Shown piece after piece: positions 9,282 to 19,283 of a stretch of DNA of 45,072 nt; within the stretch, counting starts at the first letter, position 1; every line of letters starts with the position of its first letter. Origin of the DNA: an uncultured archaeon. Lineage in GTDB: Archaea > Asgardarchaeota > Thorarchaeia > Thorarchaeales > Thorarchaeaceae. Below the pieces are notes generated by a model. It worked only from the letters and a program-made list of their open reading frames with translations, did not search any database and had not been told where the DNA came from. The stretch is from the NCBI GenBank assembly GCA_964610875.1, contig CAZSWP010000020.1, positions 18,602 through 63,673 on the forward strand, written 5' to 3'. The translations under genes were made by a program, and so were the position numbers.

Positions 9282-10781
9282 CTATGGTATTACTGCACTT
9301 GCTGCAGGATATGCGAAATCAAGCACGAATGATGCAAATGGGAATAACACGAACATTAGGATGACACATATCATCACCGCTACAAGTGGAGCACGTGCAA
9401 TCTTGAGTTTCCCATTTTCTTTTGCTTCAGAGAAGTACATTCTTCGCACAACTCTCAGATAATATCCGAGAGAGAAGACTGCATTCAATGCACCGATGAC
9501 GGCTAGCCAGATGAGGTCAGCCTCGACTGCACTCATAAATACCATGAACTTAGGCAAGAAACCAGCAGTGGGGGGTATTCCAGCTAGAGCGAACATGAAC
9601 ACACCCATAGCACCTGCCAAGAGAGGTGATCTCTCTTGTAGTCCTTCTAGTTCATCATATGACACACGCTTCCCAATCTCAATAGAAATCGCAAATACCA
9701 AAATGAAAGCTCCAGCTTTCATTAGAGCGTGAATGAATGCAAGGAAGAACGCGGATGCAAGACCATACTCAGTTCCAACAGCAATACCTATCATGAGATA
9801 ACCCATTGTTGCAATACTTGAATATGCAAGCATTCGCAGAATATCTTTCTCAGCAAGTGCAAGAAGATTTCCTATTATCATCGTCAACACTGAAACAACA
9901 ACTATCAACCATGACCACTCAAGTTGTGCAACGAAGAAGCCTACCATGAATATCCTGACAAGCGCACTAATCCCAGTCTTCTTTGTTGCGCCAGAGAGAT
10001 ATGCAGTGACACTGCCGTCAGCTGTACTATAAGTATCAGGAACCCACATCCATCCTGGAAAGATGCCAATTTTGAATCCAAAAGCAATGATGAAGAAGAC
10101 CATTGCAAGTAGTAGGGTGTATGCCGAAGTCTCCATTGTTGTTGACCCCCAGATCGTATTAACAATAAGTGCAATCTCTGACAACGCAGTAGCACCGGTA
10201 ACTCCAAACACTAATGCAATACCCAAAATCATGAACATTGTTGAAACAAGACCCATGACAAAATATTTCGTTGCACCATCAATTGCTCCTCTATCAGGAC
10301 CAAGTGCAACGAGAATATAGGTTGGTGTTGACATCATCTCCCAAGCCAGGAATAGAGCTACCAGGTCCGTAGCCATGACCACCCAGATTGCACCTGCAAA
10401 TGATATCAACAAGAGAAAATCATACGGTCCTTTATTACCTCCATAGAGGGTTGAAGATAGCATTACCAAGAATGCAATTATCAGGATGATGTAGATGAAG
10501 AAATCTGCAAAAGCATCCCTTACGAAAAGTCCACCAAAAGATGAACCATAGACAACAGGGTCGAACATAAGGAGTTCAAACCATGCTAGAATAATACCAG
10601 CAATACTGACTGGTAACGGATTTGCCTTCAATCCGACCGCAAGAGATAGTGAAGCAAAGATGATCAATGTGAGTGCTGGAAGTGATCCAATCCAAGCTTC
10701 AGGTACTATTTGCAGAATGAGGTCTCTCAAAGGTGCTAGTATTGTCTGTAACCAAGTGATGAATGAAGTTAATGTCTGCAT
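9282..10781 (-). CDS. nuoN: Complex I-like subunit N (antiporter-like)
   Basis: AWEMMSTPTY, GATKYF, FKIGIFPGWMWVPDTY, RMLAYSSI, LAGIPPTAGFLPKF. Last membrane subunit, with a TAATG overlap to nuoM. Confidence 0.92.
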   Translation of the reverse strand: MQTLTSFITWLQTILAPLRDLILQIVPEAWIGSLPALTLIIFASLSLAVGLKANPLPVSIAGIILAWFELLMFDPVVYGSSFGGLFVRDAFADFFIYIILIIAFLVMLSSTLYGGNKGPYDFLLLISFAGAIWVVMATDLVALFLAWEMMSTPTYILVALGPDRGAIDGATKYFVMGLVSTMFMILGIALVFGVTGATALSEIALIVNTIWGSTTMETSAYTLLLAMVFFIIAFGFKIGIFPGWMWVPDTYSTADGSVTAYLSGATKKTGISALVRIFMVGFFVAQLEWSWLIVVVSVLTMIIGNLLALAEKDILRMLAYSSIATMGYLMIGIAVGTEYGLASAFFLAFIHALMKAGAFILVFAISIEIGKRVSYDELEGLQERSPLLAGAMGVFMFALAGIPPTAGFLPKFMVFMSAVEADLIWLAVIGALNAVFSLGYYLRVVRRMYFSEAKENGKLKIARAPLVAVMICVILMFVLFPFASFVLDFAYPAASAVIP

Positions 10782-12289
10782 TATGGAATGCCTCCTGCAA
10801 TGAGTTCTGCAACAGGTGCAACAAGTATCAAGATTAAGTCAGGCCAGATACCAAGGATAAGTACAGGAATCATCATCAGAATAGGTGCAACGAGGTCACT
10901 CCAAGGTGCCTCATGAAGTTCCTTTTCGGGATCTGGGTCAGAAAACACAATGCGATTTAGTGTCCATAGAAGATAACCAACAGTAATGAATATTCCAAAG
11001 ACAATGAAGGCAGTCCAGATGTAAACAATAACAGAACCAAAGAGAACTAGTACTTCAGCGATGAAGCCACTGAATCCAGGTAGTCCAAACGCAGCAAAAG
11101 ATGCCAAGATGAGTAATGCTGACATCTTTGGTGCTTTACTCATAAGACCAGTCACTTCTGGAATCTCTCGTGTACCTGCTGCATATTTCATCTGTCCAGC
11201 CATGATAAACATCACAGATATGATGGTTCCATGAGACACCATCATGAAGACCGCACCTTGAATTGCTAATTCTGTACCAACAGCAACTCCAAGCAATACC
11301 CATGCCATGTGATTGATTGATGTGTAAGCAACCATACTCTTCAAGTCAGTCTGAGCCATTGCAGTAAAAGCAGCATAGATACAGGTGAAGATGGCAAGAG
11401 CTGCGAATGGAATACTAAGCCGTGCAAATGCATCAGGGACCATCCAGAGACCTAAACGAACGAAAGCATATCCACCCATTTTTAGTAAGATTCCAGCAAG
11501 TATCACAGACCCAGGTGTCGGTGCTTTTACGTGCGCATATGGAAGCCAGTTGTGCATTGGCCATACAGGCAGTTTCACACCAGCTCCTGCAAATACTGAA
11601 AGAGCAAATCCAATCTGAACCATTGGTGCAAGACCAATAGAACGAAGTGCAATCATATTGAATGTGTTAGGTTCGGCAATGAAGTAGAGTGCAAAGAATC
11701 CGACCATCATGATAGCTGAACCGAGATGCGTGTAAATGAAGAACTTAACAGCAGCGTGTTGACAACCCTCTTCGCCCCATTGTCCGATTACAAAGAACAT
11801 AGGAATCAGTACTAACTCCCAGAAGATGAAGAAGGCAAATAGGTCAAGTGACATGAAGACTCCAAGTAAGCCAGATTGTAGAATCATTAAGAGACCGTAG
11901 TAGAAACCTTCAGACTTTTTGATATGGTTCGAACTAATGACCGCGATGAACATCACCAAGTTGGAGAGGAAAATCATCGCTACTGAGATTCCATCGACGC
12001 CAAGCATAATCGAGGTCTCTGTTACGAATATTCTACCCAATGATAACTCCCATATGAACTGCATACCGAGATAGGGATCTGCAGAATCAATTGGTGAAGT
12101 ATCGAGAGCTAGTGCAAGCACAATAGCCAATCCTAGCTCGATTGCGGTTATTAGAAGAACAAGTACTCTTGCAGCTTTTCCGCGAAGCAATATTGCCAGT
12201 GCACCAGCGATTATCGGAAGGATTAACATGAAGGGCAGGATATCCATTGGAAGGAGCCCGAGAATTGTCTGTACTATGGCAAACTGCAT
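10781..12289 (-). CDS. nuoM: Complex I-like subunit M
   Basis: GVDGIS, FWELVLIPMF, AVKFFIYT, VKLPVWPMHNWLPYAHVKAPTPGSVILAGILLKMGGY, MVSHG, LPGFSGFIAE. Confidence 0.93.
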   Translation of the reverse strand: MQFAIVQTILGLLPMDILPFMLILPIIAGALAILLRGKAARVLVLLITAIELGLAIVLALALDTSPIDSADPYLGMQFIWELSLGRIFVTETSIMLGVDGISVAMIFLSNLVMFIAVISSNHIKKSEGFYYGLLMILQSGLLGVFMSLDLFAFFIFWELVLIPMFFVIGQWGEEGCQHAAVKFFIYTHLGSAIMMVGFFALYFIAEPNTFNMIALRSIGLAPMVQIGFALSVFAGAGVKLPVWPMHNWLPYAHVKAPTPGSVILAGILLKMGGYAFVRLGLWMVPDAFARLSIPFAALAIFTCIYAAFTAMAQTDLKSMVAYTSINHMAWVLLGVAVGTELAIQGAVFMMVSHGTIISVMFIMAGQMKYAAGTREIPEVTGLMSKAPKMSALLILASFAAFGLPGFSGFIAEVLVLFGSVIVYIWTAFIVFGIFITVGYLLWTLNRIVFSDPDPEKELHEAPWSDLVAPILMMIPVLILGIWPDLILILVAPVAELIAGGIP

Positions 12290-12290
12290 T

Positions 12291-14504
12291 CTAGAGCACC
12301 CCCATTGTGACGAGAATTACAAGCACCATTATTCCGATTCCGAAGATGATGACTGCAACATAATCATTCACACGACCTGTTTGAATTGTTTGTCCATCTG
12401 ACGATGCATCAACAGCAATAGTGGACACACCCTCAGCGAAAGCATCAACCACATTGTCATCAAACCAGCGTATCCTCCTTGCAAGTTCCTTAGCGGTAGC
12501 AGCTGATTTGAAGTCTATTCCGTCTATGATAATATTGTCAACCTTCACGCGCCACCATTCTGCAAAGTTGAGGAACTTATTCAGAATCCAGAAATATGCC
12601 TCATTGATGTACCATCTATGACGCAGGAAATTGTAGATCTTTCTCCTAAATCCGGACTCTGGAATTATTGTGTTTTGTTTGTCTGCGTTCTTGATGTAAA
12701 TCATGTACCCGGGGATTCCACCCAATGCAAGTGCACCCAGTGTAATGATGAAAGGAATGAAGCCTTCACCAAATTTCACGAGAATCATTTCTTCAACAAA
12801 TATCTGAGTCCATGTGTGAGTAGTCCCGAGTAACAAATTCTGAATGAACGGGAAGAATACAAATGCCGCAACAGAGAATGCAGCAAGAATGTAGAGTGGA
12901 ACCATCATCGCCGGACCAGGGTCATGTGGCGCATTATGATAATCCTCGTGAGATTCTTCTTCAGGGTTTGACTCCTTCTCACTTTCAGAATGTTCAGAAC
13001 CAGCTTCTTCATGATTCAATGTCCCATAGAAAGTCATCCCCATGAGTCGTAAGCTGTAGAAGATTGTACATGCTGCAGCAAGAACTGCAAACGCAAAGAG
13101 TATCCAACCAATAGGTTCATGAAGTGCAAGTTCGTAAGCATATTCAATTATTGAGTCCTTCGACCAGAATCCAGAAAATGGTGGAATTCCAGCAAGTGCA
13201 AGTACTCCAACCCACATCACGATGAAGGTCTTTCTCATATGTTTCTTGAGACCTCCCATTTTTGTGATGTATTTCGTATGAAGTGCGTGAATTACACCAC
13301 CTGAGGCAAGGAAGAGTAATGCCTTGAAAGCACCATGGGCCACTATATGTAGAACTCCACCTATGTAGGCATGTTCGTAATGAGCTAAGAGACCTCCAGT
13401 ACCCATTGCCAACATCATGTATCCAAGTTGACTGAGAGTAGAGAAGGCTAGCACTTGTTTGAGCTCATTAGATACCATTCCCATAGTTGCAGTCATGAGA
13501 GCCGTGACAGCACCGATGACTGCCACTATGATGAAGAATGTGGTAGCCGCTTCCAATCCGACATATTGTAGTATATTGAAAGCATGCTCTTCTCCATGTT
13601 CGCCGCTTCCTGAGGCAGCAACCATTGTGATGAGAAATCTTGCTGTGATGTAGACCCCAGCCTTCACCATTGTAGCAGCATGAATAAGAGCTGAAACCGA
13701 AGTAGGTCCAGCCATAGCTTCAGGAAGCCAAATTTGCAATGGAGCCTGTCCAGACTTACCAATTGCACCCATGAAGATAAGCAAGAACGTTGGCACAAGC
13801 ATTCCGATGCCAGCCATCACCTGCCACCAGTCTTGGGCATTGCTTGCCATATCAGTGAAGGAGAAGGTGCCAGTGAAGAAGAAGAGGAGAAGGATTCCTC
13901 CCAACATGAATGCGTCACCAATGCGAGTGACGATGAAAGCTTTTGTTCCACAGTGAGTGTTGTACTCACCCTCTGTTTCGAAGTTCAAGAGAGGATTATC
14001 AGTTTCGATATCTGTAGGATCTTTCTCTGGAGGAGTACGTTTGTCGTTCCAAAAGCCAATCAGACCATACGAACAGAAACCCATTATCTCCCAGCCAATG
14101 AATGCAATGAGTAAATTGTTGCTCAACACAAGTGTGAGCATACCACCTCCAAAAGCCAACATTAGGAAGAAGAATCGGTCACGGTCTTCCTCACCTGCCA
14201 TGTACTCGGTAGAATAAACATAGATGAGGAAACAGAGTGTGCTTGATAGTACACCCATGATTACTGAAAGCGGATCAAGAAGGACTTCAAAGTTCAGTCC
14301 AAGAGACTCTATCCAAATCCAACTCGTTCTTTCGGTAGTTCCTATATCTAAAAGGAGTGACCAGCAGAGAATCATGGTTATTCCCATAAGGATTGCAGGA
14401 GTCCAGTCCCGTAGTCGTTCATTGAACTTGCCAACCAGTGGCACTAGTATTGAACCTGCAAGAGGTATCACGAAGATGAGATAGTATGGTAGTCCAAGTA
14501 ACAT
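12291..14504 (-). CDS. nuoL: Complex I-like subunit L with extended C-terminal transverse helix
   Basis: GWEIMGFCSY, KAFIVTRIGD, GKSGQAPLQIWLPEAMAGPTSVSALIHAATMV, HGAFKALLF, GFWSKD, and C-terminal QTGRVNDY plus a final TM helix. Confidence 0.95.
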   Translation of the reverse strand: MLLGLPYYLIFVIPLAGSILVPLVGKFNERLRDWTPAILMGITMILCWSLLLDIGTTERTSWIWIESLGLNFEVLLDPLSVIMGVLSSTLCFLIYVYSTEYMAGEEDRDRFFFLMLAFGGGMLTLVLSNNLLIAFIGWEIMGFCSYGLIGFWNDKRTPPEKDPTDIETDNPLLNFETEGEYNTHCGTKAFIVTRIGDAFMLGGILLLFFFTGTFSFTDMASNAQDWWQVMAGIGMLVPTFLLIFMGAIGKSGQAPLQIWLPEAMAGPTSVSALIHAATMVKAGVYITARFLITMVAASGSGEHGEEHAFNILQYVGLEAATTFFIIVAVIGAVTALMTATMGMVSNELKQVLAFSTLSQLGYMMLAMGTGGLLAHYEHAYIGGVLHIVAHGAFKALLFLASGGVIHALHTKYITKMGGLKKHMRKTFIVMWVGVLALAGIPPFSGFWSKDSIIEYAYELALHEPIGWILFAFAVLAAACTIFYSLRLMGMTFYGTLNHEEAGSEHSESEKESNPEEESHEDYHNAPHDPGPAMMVPLYILAAFSVAAFVFFPFIQNLLLGTTHTWTQIFVEEMILVKFGEGFIPFIITLGALALGGIPGYMIYIKNADKQNTIIPESGFRRKIYNFLRHRWYINEAYFWILNKFLNFAEWWRVKVDNIIIDGIDFKSAATAKELARRIRWFDDNVVDAFAEGVSTIAVDASSDGQTIQTGRVNDYVAVIIFGIGIMVLVILVTMGVL

Positions 14505-14515
14505 CGTTCTTCACC

Positions 14516-16030
14516 TCACCCCAGAATCCCGGAAACAGCTTCTACTGCTGGCTGAATTATGTCCAGAGCCAGACCTGGGAATATTCCAAATAGCACAATA
14601 AGCACACCAAGAATAATCATAGGTATAGTCATAGAGCGAGGTGCTTCCACAATGTTCTCCAACTCTTCAGGATGGGGTCCGAGGAACACGCGCCACAGAA
14701 ATCTAAGCATATATCCGGCACTCACGATTGAGCTTGAAACTGCAAGTATTGTCAATATCAAAAATTCAGGTCTTGCAAGTATACCTCCAGAGAGAATAAC
14801 AGCCTGAAAACCTCCATAGAACATCATCCACTCACTTGCGAAACCGGACAATGGTGGACTCCCTGCAATACTCAAAGCACCAATAGCCGCAGCGAATGCT
14901 GTGATGGGCATTTTATTCGAGAGACCTCCCAATTTAGAAACGTCTCGTAATTTCGTCCGGTGGATGACCGCTCCTGCAGTCATAAACAAGAGACCCTTTG
15001 AGAATGCATGATTAATGAGATGGAAGAGACCTCCAGCAATACCAAATGTTGTGTACATTCCTAGTGCAAAAAGCACGTAGCCCATCTGTGATACCGAAGA
15101 ATAAGCAAGAAGCCGCTTGATATCCATCTGAGCAAGTGCCATGAAGCCACCGTAGAACATAGTCAGTACACCGATCACACCAACCCAGAATGAAAGGGCT
15201 GCTGCGGCAGGACCTAGAGTAATCATACCGAATCTAACAAGGGCATACGCACCAGTTTCAATCATTGCACCTGAAAGCAGAACAGAGATAGGTGTTGGTG
15301 CCTCAGCGTGGACTGGAGGAAGCCACCAGTGAATCGGAAAAACAGCCATCTTCACTAGAAATCCAGCAGCCAATAGAACGAAGATTAGTTTGAGCATTTC
15401 AATCTGACCTATGTAGGTGGGCAACATACTGGTGATGACCTGAAGCTCAAATGAACCAGTAAAGAAGTATAGTAACCCAAACCCGACAAGAATACAGACT
15501 GCACCAGACTGAGTGTAAAGCCAGAACTTCATAGCCGTTCTTTTCCTAGTTTCTGGAAGACCCCAGAATAGGATGAGAAAGTAGCTGGGAACAAGCATGA
15601 GCTCCCAAGCAATGAAGAACTCAAGTAAATTGGTTGCAAGAGTCACCCATTGCATTCCCATTAGAAAGAACAATTGATTCGCAAAGAAAGTTGGTTTGCT
15701 GTGCTCATGTTCTGTGTATCCTACAGCATAGACAACTGACAGAAAACCAAGAACTACCACTGCGAAAGTTATGGGAAAAGCAATGCCATCAAGAAATAGA
15801 CCGAACTCACCAAGGACTGTAGACCATGTCATAGATTCTAAAGCAACACCACCTTCTACCATCACCCTGTAAAAGGGAGGAAACATAAGAACCATGCTTA
15901 TTCCAGAGAAGAAAACTGCAATCTTACCAGAACTATTCTCTAAACGACCTTTCAATAGATAGATCAGAAGACCACCAATGAACAACACTACAAGCGAAAA
16001 TGTCATGAATGGTAGTTCGATCATCTGCAT
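14516..16030 (-). CDS. Additional (fourth) antiporter-like subunit, NuoM/MrpD/HyfB-like
   Basis: AWELMLVPSY, VKMAVFPIHWWLPPVHAEAPTPIS, KRLLAYSSVSQMGY, HLINHAFSKGLLF, GFASEW. Start most likely ATG 16030 (TAATG overlap with the nuoI stop, GGAGG SD upstream). Confidence 0.9.
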   Translation of the reverse strand: MQMIELPFMTFSLVVLFIGGLLIYLLKGRLENSSGKIAVFFSGISMVLMFPPFYRVMVEGGVALESMTWSTVLGEFGLFLDGIAFPITFAVVVLGFLSVVYAVGYTEHEHSKPTFFANQLFFLMGMQWVTLATNLLEFFIAWELMLVPSYFLILFWGLPETRKRTAMKFWLYTQSGAVCILVGFGLLYFFTGSFELQVITSMLPTYIGQIEMLKLIFVLLAAGFLVKMAVFPIHWWLPPVHAEAPTPISVLLSGAMIETGAYALVRFGMITLGPAAAALSFWVGVIGVLTMFYGGFMALAQMDIKRLLAYSSVSQMGYVLFALGMYTTFGIAGGLFHLINHAFSKGLLFMTAGAVIHRTKLRDVSKLGGLSNKMPITAFAAAIGALSIAGSPPLSGFASEWMMFYGGFQAVILSGGILARPEFLILTILAVSSSIVSAGYMLRFLWRVFLGPHPEELENIVEAPRSMTIPMIILGVLIVLFGIFPGLALDIIQPAVEAVSGILG

Positions 16031-16461
16031 TAACGGAACCTCCTCCCACGCCATTCAAGTGGCTCTCTTTCGAGATTTGTTATCTTATCAGGCCCATATA
16101 CTAAATCTTCTCGGTCCGCTTCACTCAAATCGACAATCGGAGTGTGGAACAAGGCGTCGAATCTACAAGCTTCTACGCAATGACCGCAGAAAATGCATCG
16201 AGTATAGTTGAAATACAGTGCTGCATCTCTCTCATATTTCTGATCATTTTTGTCAATTCTAATTGCTACTACGGGACATGCTCGAACACATTGACCACAA
16301 GCTGTGCAATTCTCACGAATATGTATATGCCGACCTCTTGTGCGCTCAGGATACTCTCTGTCTTCAAAGGGATAGAAGTACGTGAAAGGTCTCTTGAACA
16401 CTTGCCTGAATACATGTTTCAAGACAGTGAATATGTCGTCTAAAACGTCAAAGAATCCCAT
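16030..16461 (-). CDS. nuoI: Complex I-like subunit I (2x[4Fe-4S])
   Basis: TYFYPFE, RTRGRH, CTACGQCVRACP and CIFCGHCVEACR. Confidence 0.93.
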   Translation of the reverse strand: MGFFDVLDDIFTVLKHVFRQVFKRPFTYFYPFEDREYPERTRGRHIHIRENCTACGQCVRACPVVAIRIDKNDQKYERDAALYFNYTRCIFCGHCVEACRFDALFHTPIVDLSEADREDLVYGPDKITNLEREPLEWRGRRFR

Positions 16462-16465
16462 TTTG

Positions 16466-17617
16466 TTAACCTCCTGGAATCGCTATTATGGCAGCTAAGC
16501 CAGGTATGTATGCAATAACGAGCAACACGATGACTATGTTCAATATTGACAAGGGTAGTAGATACTTCCAGCAATAATGCACAATCTGATCCTGACGTAA
16601 TCTGTAGAATGATGATGATACTGTCACGAACACAAAGAATACAATCAAGAATTTGATGATGAAGTTCACCACTCCTGGAAGAAATGGTACGCCATAGAAT
16701 CCACCAAGGAAGAAGGTAACAATGAGTGCTGAGTATAGCATCTGTTCAGCAAACTCTGCAAAATACGTCAGAGTGAAATAAATGCCAGAAAACTCGGTTC
16801 GCCATCCAAAGATGATCTCAGAGTCTGCAACGGGTGCATCAAAGGGAAATATTCCAACAGAAGCGATTGAAGCCACTAAGAAAGTTGCAAAGTTGATTGG
16901 CAGCAAAACAATGAACCATAAAGAATGCTGAGCAAGAGCAATTCCCATTACACTTAGAGACCCTGCTAACAATGCTGGACCAACAGATGAAATAATCAGA
17001 GGTATCTCAGCTGCAAATTGATTGTTCGCTGCTCTGAAACCACCTATCAAAGTATATTTTGAACCACTTGTCCAACCTGCTAGTAAAGCAATAACTGGAA
17101 CCGCAGTAAGAAAGGCAAAGATGAGTACTAGGCTCACTGAAAGGTCAGCAATGAACCAATCGGTGTCCCATGGAATGAATGCAAATGGCAGCAGAACAAC
17201 TATGAGTAGTAAAGATGGAAGGAACCGATACATCCATCGTCGGGCATTCTTAGGAATAATTACTTCCTTGGCAACTAGTTTAATTGCATCCGCAAACAGT
17301 TGCAAACCACCATATTTACCCATATGAAAAGGTCCTCTTCTCAGCTGAATCCTTCCCCAGAGTTTTCTTGTGAACCAGACAGCATAGATTAATGTCATTA
17401 CTATGAAGACCAGTCCCGGGAAGATGATGGCTTTGAATAGAAATCCAATATTTGTTATGGCTAATCCCCAGACATAGAGGAATAGGTCCCAAATGTAAAG
17501 AAGCACAGCCTTTAGAATTCCCCAAATCCAGAGTATTACACCATACAACCAACTCGGGATTCCTGCTAACCAATCAATAATCCAATCAAACTGCAAAGCA
17601 ACACAACCCCCAATCAT
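16466..17617 (-). CDS. nuoH: Complex I-like subunit H
   Basis: RKLWGRIQLRRGP, GLQLFADAIKLVAKE, SKYTLIGGFRA, PFDAPVADSE, RLRQDQ. Start uncertain: ATG 17617 in an ATGA overlap with nuoD, or TTG 17596. Confidence 0.92.
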   Translation of the reverse strand: MIGGCVALQFDWIIDWLAGIPSWLYGVILWIWGILKAVLLYIWDLFLYVWGLAITNIGFLFKAIIFPGLVFIVMTLIYAVWFTRKLWGRIQLRRGPFHMGKYGGLQLFADAIKLVAKEVIIPKNARRWMYRFLPSLLLIVVLLPFAFIPWDTDWFIADLSVSLVLIFAFLTAVPVIALLAGWTSGSKYTLIGGFRAANNQFAAEIPLIISSVGPALLAGSLSVMGIALAQHSLWFIVLLPINFATFLVASIASVGIFPFDAPVADSEIIFGWRTEFSGIYFTLTYFAEFAEQMLYSALIVTFFLGGFYGVPFLPGVVNFIIKFLIVFFVFVTVSSSFYRLRQDQIVHYCWKYLLPLSILNIVIVLLVIAYIPGLAAIIAIPGG

Positions 17618-18750
17618 CTGTCCCACCATCCTACATAGGGGTCTAGACTTCCAAATATTGCAATGAAGTCTGCAAATCTAGAACCGGGTACTAAATGCTT
17701 CAAGGAATAATACGAATTTAAACAGGGACCACGTATCTTTGCTCTCCATGGAGTCTGTGCTTTCTCCTGAGTCTTTAGCCAAACTGAGGTTATTCCACGA
17801 GTGCCTTCGACTCGACCGTAAGCTTCACCTTCTGGAAGCCGATTTGCTTTTGCTCGAGCTTTTCTGTCAACTATCTCACCTTCAGGAACTTGTGGAAGAA
17901 GCTGTCTTATTATGCTTGCAGCAGTTTCGACTTCTTTGAAACGTTGAACCATCCTGTCATACGCGTCGCTTTCTCCAGGATGCTCAGGATTTTCAGTTAT
18001 AGGAACTTCCCAATCAGCTAGATCATAAGCCAAGTTAGGATCTGGCATATCTTTACGGAGGTCCATTGGGATTCCACAGGCCTTAACATTTGGACCAGAT
18101 AAGCCCCATCTTATCGCTTGTTTACCACTAAAGCGAGCAACACCATCAGTTCGTTCTCTAAATGTAGGACTACCCATAAGCATGTCCTTGAACTTTGGAA
18201 GTTGCTTCTCAAATCGATCGAGAGCTAACTCAAGTTTTTTGACTGATTTCTCAGTGAAATCAAATCGTACACCACCTGGCGTGTTATACGATACAGTATG
18301 TCGAGAACCAGTTAATTCCTCAAATGCATCAAGGAAGAACTCTCTGTCAACCCAAGGCCATAACAGCATTGTGAAGAATCCAAGTTCTGCGGAAAATTGT
18401 CCCCACCAAAACTGCATACTATGTATCCTTGATGCCTCCATCATTATCGTACGCATAATTTTGGCTCGTTCAGGCACTTCAAGTCCAGCAATCTTCTCTA
18501 CTGCTGAAATGTATGGATATTCTGAAAGAAATGCCTCTAGCATGCAAAGTCGCTCAAGAATCATTGAACCCTGCCTGAAAGTTCTGAACTCAAGACACTT
18601 CTCAGCAGATCGATGGAAGTAGCCCGCTTGCGGATCACATTCCACAATGTAGTCCCCGACCAATGTCAGCTTTGCAGCCCAACCATGAGCTGAAACATGC
18701 TGCGGGCCGAACCAGATATCAATTGCTTCATCAAGAATATCAGGAGTCAT
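17614..18750 (-). CDS. nuoD: Complex I-like subunit D (no Ni-Fe ligands)
   Basis: FGPQHVSAHG, GYFHRSAEK, EASRIHS, TGSR, GLSGP, EGTRG, C-terminal SLDPYVGWWDR. No CxxC pairs. Confidence 0.93.
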   Translation of the reverse strand: MTPDILDEAIDIWFGPQHVSAHGWAAKLTLVGDYIVECDPQAGYFHRSAEKCLEFRTFRQGSMILERLCMLEAFLSEYPYISAVEKIAGLEVPERAKIMRTIMMEASRIHSMQFWWGQFSAELGFFTMLLWPWVDREFFLDAFEELTGSRHTVSYNTPGGVRFDFTEKSVKKLELALDRFEKQLPKFKDMLMGSPTFRERTDGVARFSGKQAIRWGLSGPNVKACGIPMDLRKDMPDPNLAYDLADWEVPITENPEHPGESDAYDRMVQRFKEVETAASIIRQLLPQVPEGEIVDRKARAKANRLPEGEAYGRVEGTRGITSVWLKTQEKAQTPWRAKIRGPCLNSYYSLKHLVPGSRFADFIAIFGSLDPYVGWWDR

Positions 18751-19283
18751 CAGTCATCACCTTCGTTCTTTCGGGTCGGTCTTGGTTTAGGTTGTGGAAG
18801 CCCAGATTCTTCCAATCTGCTTCTGTCAGTTTGAAAGCTCTTTCTGAGAGGATACTTACCCTCTAATTCTTCAGGAAGTAAGAGTAATCGTAAGTCGGGA
18901 TGATCTTCGAACAGAATGCCAAACATCTCATGGGTCTCTCGCTCATGCCATTCAAGACCAGGAAAAATATCAGAAATCGTAGGCACGGTCAAATCAGACT
19001 CGTCAAGATTTATTCGAAGTTGAATTAGCAATCCATCTAAGCGAGAATAGAAGATGTAAATGACATCGAATTTACCATCGCCAAGGTCAACACCAAATAC
19101 TAACTCTGGAAAGATTAGCTTGATTTCCTCATCGAGCAAGTTGACAATATCGCGAAGGTCAGCTCTATCAATGACTAGTTCAAATGCATTACCCTCGAGG
19201 GCTCTATAACTAGCAGAAGTGTATTTGTTAGTGAGTTTGCGACCAAGAGTAGCAGCATTTTGTTTCGATGTCCCTTCACTCAT
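18750..19283 (-). CDS. nuoC: Complex I-like subunit C
   Basis: VPTISDIFPGLEWHERETHEMFGILFEDHPDLRLLLL...YPLRK. Confidence 0.93.
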   Translation of the reverse strand: MSEGTSKQNAATLGRKLTNKYTSASYRALEGNAFELVIDRADLRDIVNLLDEEIKLIFPELVFGVDLGDGKFDVIYIFYSRLDGLLIQLRINLDESDLTVPTISDIFPGLEWHERETHEMFGILFEDHPDLRLLLLPEELEGKYPLRKSFQTDRSRLEESGLPQPKPRPTRKNEGDD

